Source of the DNA: an uncultured Bacteroidia bacterium
GTDB lineage: Bacteria; Bacteroidota; Bacteroidia; J057; CALLMJ01
Reading direction: 5' to 3'
Assembly (NCBI GenBank): GCA_938005475.1
Contig: CALLNY010000003.1
Span: 2,540 to 66,539, forward strand
DNA length: 64,000 bases
Position 1 is the stretch's first letter; every line of letters starts with the position of its first letter. Shown piece after piece: positions 20,195 through 29,664 of this stretch. A model generated the notes under the pieces. That model made no database searches, had not been told where the DNA came from, and saw nothing but the letters and a program-made list of their open reading frames with translations. Both the position numbers and the translations under genes were made by a program.

Positions 20195-20228
20195 AAAATA
20201 AAAAATTGCCGTTAATATTAACGGCAAT
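20195..20228 (-). terminator. Intrinsic terminator downstream of the peroxiredoxin gene
   Basis: 12-bp palindromic stem ATTGCCGTTAAT/ATTAACGGCAAT followed by a T-rich run on the minus strand. Confidence 0.65.
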
Positions 20229-20250
20229 TCAAAAATTTAACAATTAAGGA

Positions 20251-20892
20251 TTAATGTTTGGACAAATATTCAGCTACTCCTTCTTTTGTAGCTTTCATAG
20301 CATCTTTACCCTCCTCCCAATTAGCAGGGCAGACCTCGCCAAATTTCTCTACATGTTGTAAAGCATGGAGCATTCTTAAAGCCTCGTCTATATTTCTTCC
20401 TAAAGGCAAATCATTGACCACCTGATGTCTTACAACCCCTTGTAAATCAATGAGAAAAGTACCTCTATAAGCAACGGGCGTTCCTACAAAAGATCTTCTC
20501 TCATTACCGTCATCATCCACATCATAGGTATAATCTCCTGCTAAAACATCATAATTCATGGAAATAGTTTTATCCAAATCCGCTACTAAAGGATAGGTAA
20601 CTCCCTGAATACCTCCTTGATTTTTAGGAGTATTTAACCATGCATGATGTGAGTATTTCGAATCAATAGAAACCCCAATCACTTGACAATTCGCTTTTTC
20701 AAACTCACTTAACTTTTCTTGAAAAGCTAAAATCTCCGTTGGACAAACAAAAGTAAAGTCCAATGGATAAAAGAATAAAACTACATATTTTTGACCAATA
20801 AATTGGCTTAAAGTGAAATCTTCAACGATTTCACTGTTTACTACTGCCGCCGCTTTAAAATCAGGGGCTTTTTTTCCTACTAATACTGCCAT
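20251..20892 (-). CDS. Peroxiredoxin (typical 2-Cys AhpC/Tsa family)
   Basis: [14 protein letters not shown] peroxidatic Cys motif and C-terminal EVCPANW resolving Cys. Confidence 0.93.
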   Translation of the reverse strand: MAVLVGKKAPDFKAAAVVNSEIVEDFTLSQFIGQKYVVLFFYPLDFTFVCPTEILAFQEKLSEFEKANCQVIGVSIDSKYSHHAWLNTPKNQGGIQGVTYPLVADLDKTISMNYDVLAGDYTYDVDDDGNERRSFVGTPVAYRGTFLIDLQGVVRHQVVNDLPLGRNIDEALRMLHALQHVEKFGEVCPANWEEGKDAMKATKEGVAEYLSKH

Positions 20893-20951
20893 ATCTTTAA
20901 TATTTTAAGAATTGTCCTTGTAACAAATAAGTTTTATAAATAGTTGCATCA

Positions 20952-21446
20952 TCATTCGCTTATATAAAAAAGTTCAAACCAATCGTTTTCTTTACGGTCC
21001 TGAATAATTTCACAAAGTTTTTTTATTAAACTTTTAGGTACTAATCCAAAACCTATCGAGTGACTATCCCACTCAGAATCCCAATAAGAAAATAAACGAA
21101 TATCCCATTTCAATTTATGAAATAATTTGTTAATTCCGTTTACTATACCTCTGTCATCGATTTTATCTTCTTCTTGCTGAATAGGAATTTCTAAATTTTC
21201 TTCGTCTATGGCAATTTCAATGAGCCATTTATTTTCATCTTCCTCATCTTCTACTGCGCTAATAAACTCAATTTGATAATTGGTTTCTATAATTTCATTT
21301 AGTTGTTGAATAACCTTTTTATAATCCTCTGGCTTATGAACTTTAAAAGAGTCTAATAAAACTAATTGCTTCGGGTTCAAAATGCTGTTCATCAACTCAT
21401 CTAATGTAAGATTTAGATAGTTTTTAGGTATATTTAATTTTGCCAT
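20952..21446 (-). CDS. Hypothetical acidic protein (164 aa)
   Basis: Long ORF in an operon-like position between kbl and the peroxiredoxin gene. Has a Glu/Asp-rich centre. No family recognised. Confidence 0.4.
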   Translation of the reverse strand: MAKLNIPKNYLNLTLDELMNSILNPKQLVLLDSFKVHKPEDYKKVIQQLNEIIETNYQIEFISAVEDEEDENKWLIEIAIDEENLEIPIQQEEDKIDDRGIVNGINKLFHKLKWDIRLFSYWDSEWDSHSIGFGLVPKSLIKKLCEIIQDRKENDWFELFYISE

Positions 21447-21466
21447 AGTTTAATCGTTAAATTTTT

Positions 21467-22657
21467 TTAAGATATTACCTTTAATTTTTTCCCTACTTTT
21501 TCAAAGGCTTGAATGGCTTTATCTAAATGATGTTTGTCGTGAGCGGCGGATATTTGCACACGAATTCTTGCATTTCCTTTTGCCACTACGGGATAAAAGA
21601 AACCAATCACATAAATACCTTCATTTAGAAGTTCTGCAGCAAAATCTTGAGATAATTTAGCATCATACAACATAATTGGTACAATAGGATGTTCGCCAGG
21701 TTTGACATCTAAACCGATTTTAGAAATTCCTTCTCGGAAATATTTTGTATTCCACTCTAATTTATCTCTTAATTCTGTCGTAGAGGAAAGTAAATCAAAA
21801 ATTGCAATACTAGCGCCGACAATTGCAGGAGCTAAAGTATTGGAGAAGAGGTATGGACGAGAACGTTGTCTTAAAATTTCGATTATTTCTTTTCTACCTG
21901 AAGTAAAGCCTCCCGAAGCGCCGCCTAAAGCTTTCCCTAATGTACCTGTAATAATATCCACTCTGCCCATCACATTTTTTAGTTCTATGGCACCTCTACC
22001 CGTTTTCCCTAAAAATCCTGTGCTATGACACTCATCCACCATCACCAACGCTTGATATTGGTCTGCTAAATCACATATTTTATCTAATTGAGCGATGGTA
22101 CCATCCATTGAAAAAGAACCATCCGTTGCAATAAGGATTTGCCCGTTTGGATTGGCTTGCTTTAAACAACTTTCTAAATCGGACATATCATTATGCTTAT
22201 AACGAAGTCTTTTAGCTTTACAAAGCCGTATTCCATCTATAATAGAAGCATGGTTTAATTCATCAGAAATAATAGTATCGTTCTCGTTCAATAAAGGCTC
22301 AAACACTCCACCGTTCGCATCGAATGCCGCCGCATACAAAATCGTATCGTCTGTCTGTAAGAACTCACTAATTTTTTTTTCCAACGTTTTGTGAATATCC
22401 TGTGTACCACAAATAAATCGAACAGAAGATAGACCAAACCCATGGGAATCAATAGTTTTTTTTGCCGCTTCCAAAACGGCTGGATGAGATGATAACCCTA
22501 AATAATTATTAGCACAAAAATTTAAAACTTTTCTTCCGTCCTCCAAAGTAATTTCTACACCTTGTGGTGAAGTAATTATCCTCTCAGTTTTATAAAGACC
22601 AGCATCTTTAATATTTTGTAATTCTTGTTGCAAGAAAGGTTTTAATTTATCAAACAT
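21467..22657 (-). CDS. kbl: 2-amino-3-ketobutyrate CoA ligase (glycine C-acetyltransferase)
   Basis: Colinear with E. coli Kbl as recalled (NFCANNYLGL, SVRFICGTQD, NHASIIDG.RLCKAKR, TGTLGKALGGASGG, RPYLFSN). Start moved to MFDKLKPF at 22657; a promoter box lies between it and the ORF-track start. Confidence 0.92.
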   Translation of the reverse strand: MFDKLKPFLQQELQNIKDAGLYKTERIITSPQGVEITLEDGRKVLNFCANNYLGLSSHPAVLEAAKKTIDSHGFGLSSVRFICGTQDIHKTLEKKISEFLQTDDTILYAAAFDANGGVFEPLLNENDTIISDELNHASIIDGIRLCKAKRLRYKHNDMSDLESCLKQANPNGQILIATDGSFSMDGTIAQLDKICDLADQYQALVMVDECHSTGFLGKTGRGAIELKNVMGRVDIITGTLGKALGGASGGFTSGRKEIIEILRQRSRPYLFSNTLAPAIVGASIAIFDLLSSTTELRDKLEWNTKYFREGISKIGLDVKPGEHPIVPIMLYDAKLSQDFAAELLNEGIYVIGFFYPVVAKGNARIRVQISAAHDKHHLDKAIQAFEKVGKKLKVIS

Positions 22658-22675
22658 TGAGTGGTTATTTAACCG

Positions 22676-22683
22676 CAAAAATA
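22676..22683 (-). promoter_or_regulatory. -7 promoter box (TATTTTTG) for kbl
   Basis: Exact TAnnTTTG on the minus strand about 19 nt upstream of the ATG at 22657. Confidence 0.45.
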
Positions 22684-22760
22684 AGTATATTTTCAAAATA
22701 CAAGCATAAATTTTACGAAATTTAAACGATGTACTCGTTTGAATAGATTCACAGGCTTAA

Positions 22761-23381
22761 TCATTTTCTACCAAAATCAGCAGGATTTTCTCCCCAATTT
22801 TGTGTGTCCCATTTTAAAATAGGATTTTCATAGGTATTCTCCTGAAGCCAATGAACAGCTCGGTCTAAAAGCTGAAAGATGGCTTGGTTTTCTGATGTAC
22901 GTTGAATCGTGGTTTTTACAGTTTTATTTTTAATCCACTGAATAGCAGTTTTACTATCACTATAAATAGGGACATTCCACGACCTTTGTTTACATAATGC
23001 TAAAGCATGTACAATGGCTAAAAATTCCATTATGTTATTTGAGCCCCCATAAAAAGGTCCTTTATGAAAAAGTTTTTCCCCTGTTTTAGTATAAACACCT
23101 TGATATTCAGATAAGTGATTAACATTATTATGAGCACCATCCACAGTTATACTTTCTAAAATCGGAGGATTCGATAAAGATGACCAAGGAGTTGTGATGA
23201 ATTTCTTTTTCTGTATTGCGGCTTCATAATTACTACCCAAAGCCTTCTGAGCCTCTATCAAACTTTCATAACTCTTATATTTAGCACCTTTGTAGCCCTT
23301 TACTTGCTTTTCACATTCTTCCCATGTATCAAAAATACCTAAATGCCTACCCTCCCAAACTATATAAAACCTTCTTTTCAT
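22761..23381 (-). CDS. rnhA: Ribonuclease HI with N-terminal hybrid-binding (viroplasmin-like) domain
   Basis: N-terminal FYIVWEGRHLGIFDTWEECEKQVKGYKGAKYKSYES. The RNase H core shows VDGA, MEFLA and YSDSKTA acidic residues. Confidence 0.85.
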   Translation of the reverse strand: MKRRFYIVWEGRHLGIFDTWEECEKQVKGYKGAKYKSYESLIEAQKALGSNYEAAIQKKKFITTPWSSLSNPPILESITVDGAHNNVNHLSEYQGVYTKTGEKLFHKGPFYGGSNNIMEFLAIVHALALCKQRSWNVPIYSDSKTAIQWIKNKTVKTTIQRTSENQAIFQLLDRAVHWLQENTYENPILKWDTQNWGENPADFGRK

Positions 23382-24220
23382 TTCAAAACTGGCGTAACTT
23401 TAAATCCTTTATTTTTTAACAATTCTAGGACACCTTTATCACCTGGTAAGTGCCCAGCTCCAATTGCTCCAAAAATAGTATGTTTTTTAGCATACTCCGA
23501 AAAACGATTCGCCATCTTGATATTACGGTCATCAAATAATTTTTTTAAAAATTCTTGTTTATATTCCGTTTTCTGTATTAACCTATAAACCCCTTCTAAA
23601 TCCCCTTGTGCATATTTATTTAGTAAATCATTCATAAGCTCCGCTTCTTGATTGTCATTTTGTACAAAATTTTCATACAGAATCTTGGCTTGTTCTTTAA
23701 CTGGAATAGAATTCAATGCATTGACTTGGTCCTGTATATTTTCTAATCCTACTAATTTTTTTTCTTTTTCTTTCGCTAAATTATACAAATGTAAATCTAA
23801 AAAATCTTTTTCCTTGTTATCCATTACTTTCTCACCAATCATACCTTGAAGAAATAATGGCTTCATTTTAATAAAAGGAAATAATTTCATTCCAGTTTTT
23901 TCGTAGAACTTCTGTTGTAAAGTTTTATATTTCTTTTTAGAGTAATAGTTTTTTAATGTTTTTCCTTTTGGTAACATCACTACACTGATAAAACTGGTAG
24001 GACTAATAGAATCCATAGCTACTTCTAATGCAAACATTTCACATTCTTCAATAGATGGCTCTACTATATCCATAAAACCAAATGCTCTTGAATCTTTTAC
24101 GTGCATCGTGCCATATAAATAAGATGGTCCAGGGCACTCTTCACATTCTACCTTCCAAAGTAAACTCTGACCACGTGCATAATAAACTAATACAAACAAA
24201 AAAAGAAAATTCCTTATCAT
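23378..24220 (-). CDS. TraB/GumN family protein
   Basis: Signal peptide, LLWKVE...SYLYGTMHV and a C-terminal GAGHLPG motif. 4-nt overlap with rnhA. Confidence 0.75.
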   Translation of the reverse strand: MIRNFLFLFVLVYYARGQSLLWKVECEECPGPSYLYGTMHVKDSRAFGFMDIVEPSIEECEMFALEVAMDSISPTSFISVVMLPKGKTLKNYYSKKKYKTLQQKFYEKTGMKLFPFIKMKPLFLQGMIGEKVMDNKEKDFLDLHLYNLAKEKEKKLVGLENIQDQVNALNSIPVKEQAKILYENFVQNDNQEAELMNDLLNKYAQGDLEGVYRLIQKTEYKQEFLKKLFDDRNIKMANRFSEYAKKHTIFGAIGAGHLPGDKGVLELLKNKGFKVTPVLK

Positions 24221-24300
24221 ACAACAAAATTAGTAAATTTTTCTCAATCACAAACCCAAGAAACTATTCACATGAAATTTATGATAAATATTCAACCTTT

Positions 24301-25152
24301 TTATTCAATAAAAACCTCTTGAATTTTATGTTGTTGGGCATAGTTTAAAGCTTCTGATTTGTCCCTAAACACTTTTAGAATACTGTAAGGATACTCTTTT
24401 TCTTTTCCATTGATAATAAATCGGTCTTTTTTTGTTTGAAAGCCTACAGGCTCTAAATAAATTTTGACTAAACAAATCTGATAGTCATCATAAGTAAAAT
24501 CTTCTTTATTTTTGTTTATATTAGGTTTAGGTAGCATCACAATTTGTTCTAAGAAAGGCATGCTGTAGGGTAATTCTTCATTTGCTAATTGATACAACGT
24601 ATCGCCTTTGTAGTAGAGTAGTTCTACTACTCTAACCATATTTAGTTCTTCTTTTTCATAAGTAATTAAAGCGAAAGCATTTTGTCCTAACCACAAAATA
24701 TTTTTTAATCCTAATATAACTTTTTCTTTCTCGTTTAATGTAAATTCAAAGGTATTTTCTTTTTTAGTAAAACTAACTAAAATACCATTTACATCGTAGA
24801 TTTTTTGATTTTTGAGTACAATCTTGTTAATAACATTTAAGGATTTGCCTCCTTTTAGCGTAGAACTGAATTGTACACGAGCAGGTTGTTTACCTATTTT
24901 GAAAATATCTTCTATGTAAAGATTACAAGGAATAACGGGGAGTAGTTCTCCATAAGTAACGGAAAAAGTATCTGATTGATTTTCAAAAATAATGGAAACA
25001 TAAGGTTTATGCTGATGAACCCAGACTTCTGTAATGCGTAGTTCTATTCCGCAAATTTGGACAGACTGCCCTTCAAAAGCAGTTATAGTTTGACCGACAA
25101 TCCATGCAGGAAAATATAAACACAAAAAAAGCCAATAATGAAAAAAGCACAT
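24301..25152 (-). CDS. Hypothetical membrane-anchored protein
   Basis: Start placed at [21 protein letters not shown], just downstream of a minus-strand TAATTTTG box. No family recognised. Confidence 0.4.
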   Translation of the reverse strand: MCFFHYWLFLCLYFPAWIVGQTITAFEGQSVQICGIELRITEVWVHQHKPYVSIIFENQSDTFSVTYGELLPVIPCNLYIEDIFKIGKQPARVQFSSTLKGGKSLNVINKIVLKNQKIYDVNGILVSFTKKENTFEFTLNEKEKVILGLKNILWLGQNAFALITYEKEELNMVRVVELLYYKGDTLYQLANEELPYSMPFLEQIVMLPKPNINKNKEDFTYDDYQICLVKIYLEPVGFQTKKDRFIINGKEKEYPYSILKVFRDKSEALNYAQQHKIQEVFIE

Positions 25153-25158
25153 ACATCG

Positions 25159-25166
25159 CAAAATTA
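25159..25166 (-). promoter_or_regulatory. -7 promoter box (TAATTTTG)
   Basis: Exact TAnnTTTG on the minus strand ending 7 nt before the ATG at 25152. Confidence 0.45.
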
Positions 25167-25223
25167 AACCTTTTAACACAATCTTTTGTTCGTATACAAA
25201 AATTATTTCCAATTTTGTTGTTA

Positions 25224-25925
25224 ATGAAAGAAATTATTAGGCTTGAAAATATTGTAAGGTCGTATGTGATGGGGGATGAAATTATTTACGCCCTCCGCGA
25301 CATTTCATTAAGAATATATCAGAACGAGTATGTAGCTTTTATGGGACCTTCGGGGTCCGGGAAAACTACCTTGATGAACATTTTAGGTTGTTTAGATACT
25401 CCAACTTCGGGTTCTTATATTCTGAACGGAAGTTTAGTAAGTGAAATGGAAGATGCGGAATTAGCAAGAGTTAGAAATAAAGAAATTGGATTTATTTTTC
25501 AGTCTTTCAATTTATTACCTAAATTAACCGCATTAGAAAATGTAGCCTTACCTTTGGTTTATGCAGGGATTCCATTGAGAGAACGAATAGAAAGAGCTAG
25601 GCAAGCCTTAATCAGTGTAGGTTTAGAACATCGATTAGACCATAAGCCTAATGAAGTCTCTGGGGGACAAAGACAAAGAATAGCTATCGCAAGAGCGTTA
25701 GTCAATAATCCTTCTATCCTTTTAGCCGATGAACCGACTGGAAATTTAGATTCTAAAACCTCCTATGAAATTATGGCTTTATTTGAAGAGCTTAATCAGA
25801 AAGGAAATACTATCATCTTGGTAACCCATGAAGAAGATATTGCCCAGTATGCTAAACGTATTGTTCGTTTACGAGATGGAATAATTGAAGCGGACGAGCA
25901 AAAAGTAGTCACTATTAGTAGATAA
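25224..25925 (+). CDS. ABC transporter ATP-binding protein (MacB/LolD-like subgroup)
   Basis: Walker [11 protein letters not shown]-loop, signature SGGQRQR and Walker [13 protein letters not shown]. Start moved to [10 protein letters not shown]. Confidence 0.9.
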   Translation: MKEIIRLENIVRSYVMGDEIIYALRDISLRIYQNEYVAFMGPSGSGKTTLMNILGCLDTPTSGSYILNGSLVSEMEDAELARVRNKEIGFIFQSFNLLPKLTALENVALPLVYAGIPLRERIERARQALISVGLEHRLDHKPNEVSGGQRQRIAIARALVNNPSILLADEPTGNLDSKTSYEIMALFEELNQKGNTIILVTHEEDIAQYAKRIVRLRDGIIEADEQKVVTISR

Positions 25926-25940
25926 CAAAAAGTTTTTTTT

Positions 25941-25948
25941 TATTTTTG
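25941..25948 (+). promoter_or_regulatory. -7 promoter box (TATTTTTG)
   Basis: Exact TAnnTTTG 18 nt before the ATG at 25966. Confidence 0.45.
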
Positions 25949-25965
25949 CGGGCATATGTTTAAAT

Positions 25966-27042
25966 ATGTCTATGCGAAAAGCACTTCATTTAGGATTAAT
26001 TTGTTTTTTTCTTTTAATGTTTATGTTGGAGGAAGCTGAGGGTCAGATTTTTCCACAGTTAGGAGCACAACGAGCAGGTATTTCTGCGTTAACTTTTTTA
26101 AAGATAGACAGTAGCCCACGAGCGGCGGGGATGGCAGGTTGCCAAGTTGCTGTAAATGGGGATGCTTACGCAACTTCTTATAACACTGCCGCATTAGCAG
26201 ATAATGAACAAATCTTTTTTGCAGGTTCTAATACTTTTTACGTAGCAGGAACTAACCACGCTTTTTTCTCTGCTATGGTACCAAATGCAAGACTAGGAAA
26301 TTTTGCTTTACATGCCACTTCCTTTACTACAGGCGCCATGGAAAGAAGAACCGAACTACAACCCCTAGGTACCGGTGAATTTTTCTATGCCTATAATGTC
26401 GCAATAGGAATAGCTTACGCTAAAAAATTAACCGAAATGTTTAGTTATGGAATTTCTTTAAAGTATATCAATGAAACTTTAGACCGTTTCGTAACTCATA
26501 CCGCCGCACTAGATTTAGGCTTCTTATACAGAACCGATTTTAAGGACCTAAAATTTGCTGTAAGTTTACAGAACTTCGGTCCTAATAGTAAATTGAAAGG
26601 CAATAAGCCAATTACACCGTTTATGAAAGCCCCAAAAGCATTAGAAAGTAATCCCTCTCCCACCCATTTTAGTTTAGGGATTTCTATGATCCCTATCAAA
26701 AATGAAAAACATCAACTTTTAACGGCTATTCAACTAAATCACCCTAATGACAATGCAGAAAATATTCGTTTAGGCGTTGAATACGGATTTAATCAATTTC
26801 TCTTTTTTAGAACAGGCTATAAAATTAACGTAAAAGACCAGCCCTATCCTACTTTTGGACTAGGCATTAAAAGCCGTTTCGGTAAACATCCTCTAATGAT
26901 AGATTATGCATTAGACCCTACGCTTTATTTAGGATGGATTCATAGAATTGGATTAAGTTTGTTTATTAACAAAGATGCAAGAGAAGCCTCTTCCGATAGT
27001 AACCCTGAAAATAAATCAAAAAAAAACCAAGAAAATCAATAA
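25966..27042 (+). CDS. PorV/PorQ-family outer-membrane beta-barrel (T9SS-associated family, tentative)
   Basis: Signal peptide, then GISALTFLKIDSSPRAAGMAGCQVAV..YNTAALA, which resembles the N-terminal signature of PorV/PorQ-type barrels. Confidence 0.5.
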   Translation: MSMRKALHLGLICFFLLMFMLEEAEGQIFPQLGAQRAGISALTFLKIDSSPRAAGMAGCQVAVNGDAYATSYNTAALADNEQIFFAGSNTFYVAGTNHAFFSAMVPNARLGNFALHATSFTTGAMERRTELQPLGTGEFFYAYNVAIGIAYAKKLTEMFSYGISLKYINETLDRFVTHTAALDLGFLYRTDFKDLKFAVSLQNFGPNSKLKGNKPITPFMKAPKALESNPSPTHFSLGISMIPIKNEKHQLLTAIQLNHPNDNAENIRLGVEYGFNQFLFFRTGYKINVKDQPYPTFGLGIKSRFGKHPLMIDYALDPTLYLGWIHRIGLSLFINKDAREASSDSNPENKSKKNQENQ

Positions 27043-27045
27043 AAT

Positions 27046-27288
27046 ATGACAGAAAACCAGGTAATTGAAAAGTTAACGTTTATTTTTCAAAAAGTATTTA
27101 AAAAAAATGATATTCAAATTTTTCGTGAAATGACGGCGGCAGATGTAAACGGTTGGGATTCACTTTCTCACGTAGAAATGATAGCCAACGTAGAAAAAGA
27201 ATTCGGCGTAAAATTTAAAATGAAAGATGTTATCAAAATGAAAAATGTAGGAGATTTAATTGATACCATTATTCGTTACCATGCATAA
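27046..27288 (+). CDS. Acyl carrier protein (stand-alone, 80 aa)
   Basis: Carrier-protein fold signature with the phosphopantetheine Ser in GWDSLSHVEMI. Starts 4 nt after the upstream stop. Confidence 0.75.
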   Translation: MTENQVIEKLTFIFQKVFKKNDIQIFREMTAADVNGWDSLSHVEMIANVEKEFGVKFKMKDVIKMKNVGDLIDTIIRYHA

Positions 27289-27408
27289 TATTGAGATATT
27301 TATACTTTGGGGACAGAAATTTTATTATTTCGTAATTTTTTTGTAAAAACGATTGTTTGTTACCAAAACCTATTTAAATTTACGGCAAAATTAAAAACTC
27401 ATATCCAT

Positions 27409-28695
27409 ATGTCAGAATTTGTAGAACTCAAGTACGGCGAAAATGTTTACAAACTACCCGTTATTACTGGTACAGAAAACGAAAAAGCAATCAATATTGC
27501 TAAATTAAGAGATGAAACTGGGCTCATTACCCTAGATACCGGCTACAAAAATACTGGTTCTACTTCCAGTGCAATTACTTTTTTAGATGGTGAAAAAGGA
27601 ATCCTTCATTACAGAGGATATCCTATCGAACAATTAGCGGAACATGCAGATTTTCTTGAAGTCGCTTATTTGTTAATTTATGGTGAACTCCCTAATAAAG
27701 AACAATTTGAAAATTTTATTAATAAAATCAAGAAGCATACTTTAATCCACGAGAACACTAAACAGTTCATTACCTCCTACCCCCCGAATGCTCACCCTAT
27801 GGGAATTCTAGCTTCTGCAGTTTGTTCTTTATCTTCCTTTTACCCAGAATCTTTAAACCCATACGCAGAAAAAGAAGACGAAGATTTAACTATCGTTCGT
27901 TTAATAGCTAAAATGCCTACACTTATCGCCTGGATATACAAAATGTCTAAAGGACATCCTTTTAATTATCCTGTCAATAAATTGGATTATTGCTCCAACT
28001 TCTTACACATGATGTTTTCTATGCCAACAGAAGAATACCATATTGAACCTGTCGTAGTAGAAGCATTGAATAAATTATTGATTTTACATGCTGACCACGA
28101 GCAAAATTGCTCTGCATCTACGGTGAGAATGGTGGGTTCTTCCAAAGCGAATTTATATGCATCTATTGCAGCTGGAATCTGTGCTTTATGGGGTCCGCTT
28201 CATGGGGGAGCTAATCAAGAAGTACTAGAGATGCTAGAAAGAATTAAAGCTGACGGAAGTAATACAAAAAAATGGATAGAAAAAGCCAAAGACAAAAATG
28301 ATAACTTCCGTTTAATGGGCTTTGGGCACCGCGTCTATAAAAACTTTGACCCACGCGCAAAAATCATTAAAGCCGCTTGTGACCACGTCCTCGCTAAACT
28401 AGGAATCCATGACCCTATCCTCGATATCGCCAAAGAATTAGAACACGCCGCTTTAACTGATGAATACTTTATCGAAAGAAAATTATATCCCAATGTCGAT
28501 TTCTATTCAGGTATTATCTATAAAGCTATGAATATCCCCGTTGAAATGTTTACCGTTATGTTCGCACTTGGTAGATTGCCAGGTTGGATTGCCCAATGGA
28601 AAGAAATGAACGAAAATAAAGAACCAATCGGTAGACCACGCCAAATTTATGTAGGTAAAACCAACCGTGATTACGTGCCACTAGCTAAAAGATAA
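27409..28695 (+). CDS. gltA: Citrate synthase
   Basis: LLILHADHEQNCSASTVR, GPLHGGANQ and MGFGHRVYK motifs. Start moved to MSEFVELKYG. Confidence 0.95.
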   Translation: MSEFVELKYGENVYKLPVITGTENEKAINIAKLRDETGLITLDTGYKNTGSTSSAITFLDGEKGILHYRGYPIEQLAEHADFLEVAYLLIYGELPNKEQFENFINKIKKHTLIHENTKQFITSYPPNAHPMGILASAVCSLSSFYPESLNPYAEKEDEDLTIVRLIAKMPTLIAWIYKMSKGHPFNYPVNKLDYCSNFLHMMFSMPTEEYHIEPVVVEALNKLLILHADHEQNCSASTVRMVGSSKANLYASIAAGICALWGPLHGGANQEVLEMLERIKADGSNTKKWIEKAKDKNDNFRLMGFGHRVYKNFDPRAKIIKAACDHVLAKLGIHDPILDIAKELEHAALTDEYFIERKLYPNVDFYSGIIYKAMNIPVEMFTVMFALGRLPGWIAQWKEMNENKEPIGRPRQIYVGKTNRDYVPLAKR

Positions 28696-28723
28696 TATTT
28701 TTTTATTGTTTAGATTTTAATGG

Positions 28724-28747
28724 TGAGGTTAGAAATTCTAACCTCAT
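28724..28747. terminator. Hairpin between convergent genes (weak terminator candidate)
   Basis: GAGGTTAGAA / TTCTAACCTC stem. The flanking T-run is poor. Confidence 0.35.
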
Positions 28748-28799
28748 CTACTTTTATCTCCTTGATTGAATTAGAACATCTACTCGTTAAACAAAATCT

Positions 28800-29600
28800 T
28801 TATAATATTAAGTAAAAAATTGGCATCCAAAAAATCAACTCCAATTCAATCCTATGAAAAAATACTTCTCTTCTCCAAAATAGAATGGCGTGAACTAACA
28901 ACATCCCTAAATAAATACTACCCCAACAAAATTCTGCGGTCATAAGCCACAAAATCAACATCAAAGTTAGCCAAAAGCCTAACTGAATAGCCTTTATTGC
29001 TTGCGAATATTGCGCAAAAGAATGAACTCCCAATTTACAATCCAATTCGTAATCCATTACAGAGATAATCCATAAGTTTAATAAAGCATTGCAAAATAAA
29101 CATAAAAAAGATAAAAAATTTATCCAATAAAACTGATTTAATAATGGTAAAATCCACAAAATCAATGAATAAGTTAAGGCTATCATTAATTCTTTAAAAA
29201 AAATCAAACAAGGCTCACCCTTAAAAAAATGATGAATAAATAAATAAAATGTCACACAAATACCACCAATAATCCCCAGCTTCTTCACCTCTTGATTAGC
29301 AAAAAATAATCCCTTCACTCCAAGAAAAATCATTGTAACTATACAAATAAACCATAAAATTTTTTCATTTTTTTTGTAAAATCGATGTTTTTCTGAATAT
29401 AATTGCCCCTCCTTAATTTTACGAACGTCTAATAATCTATCCAACCAGTAAATAGTCAACGTTGTCAATGATAAAAGTATAAAATAATCCTGCGAAAAGA
29501 TAAATTTAGTAAACTTTTGAATAGCTAAAGCCTGTATAAATACACCTATTGCAACATCAAAACTTAAATAATGAAATCTGTTTATCCATCTTTTTAGCAT
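28800..29600 (-). CDS. Polytopic membrane protein, UbiA-like prenyltransferase (tentative)
   Basis: About 8 hydrophobic segments and two Asp-rich motifs at UbiA-like positions: YWLDRLLD (DxxxD) and MDYELDCKLG (DxxxDxxxG). Confidence 0.4.
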   Translation of the reverse strand: MLKRWINRFHYLSFDVAIGVFIQALAIQKFTKFIFSQDYFILLSLTTLTIYWLDRLLDVRKIKEGQLYSEKHRFYKKNEKILWFICIVTMIFLGVKGLFFANQEVKKLGIIGGICVTFYLFIHHFFKGEPCLIFFKELMIALTYSLILWILPLLNQFYWINFLSFLCLFCNALLNLWIISVMDYELDCKLGVHSFAQYSQAIKAIQLGFWLTLMLILWLMTAEFCWGSIYLGMLLVHAILFWRREVFFHRIELELIFWMPIFYLIL

Positions 29601-29664
29601 CCTATGGAAGATTCTATTTTATAAAATGATAGCTCATTATGTATTATGAATTATCAATTATCAG

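Noticed and set aside
21702-22028. 108-aa plus-strand ORF inside kbl, with similar cases at 6388-6570, 8827-9045, 12554-12745, 15600-15791, 16727-17132, 23343-23849, 26496-26699, 30437-30637, 40501-40737, 41231-41906, 46481-46669, 54149-54331, 60292-60498 and 62187-62509
   Set aside because: Each is fully embedded in, and mostly antisense to, a longer gene with strong family motifs. None shows a signal peptide, domain motif or its own promoter box.
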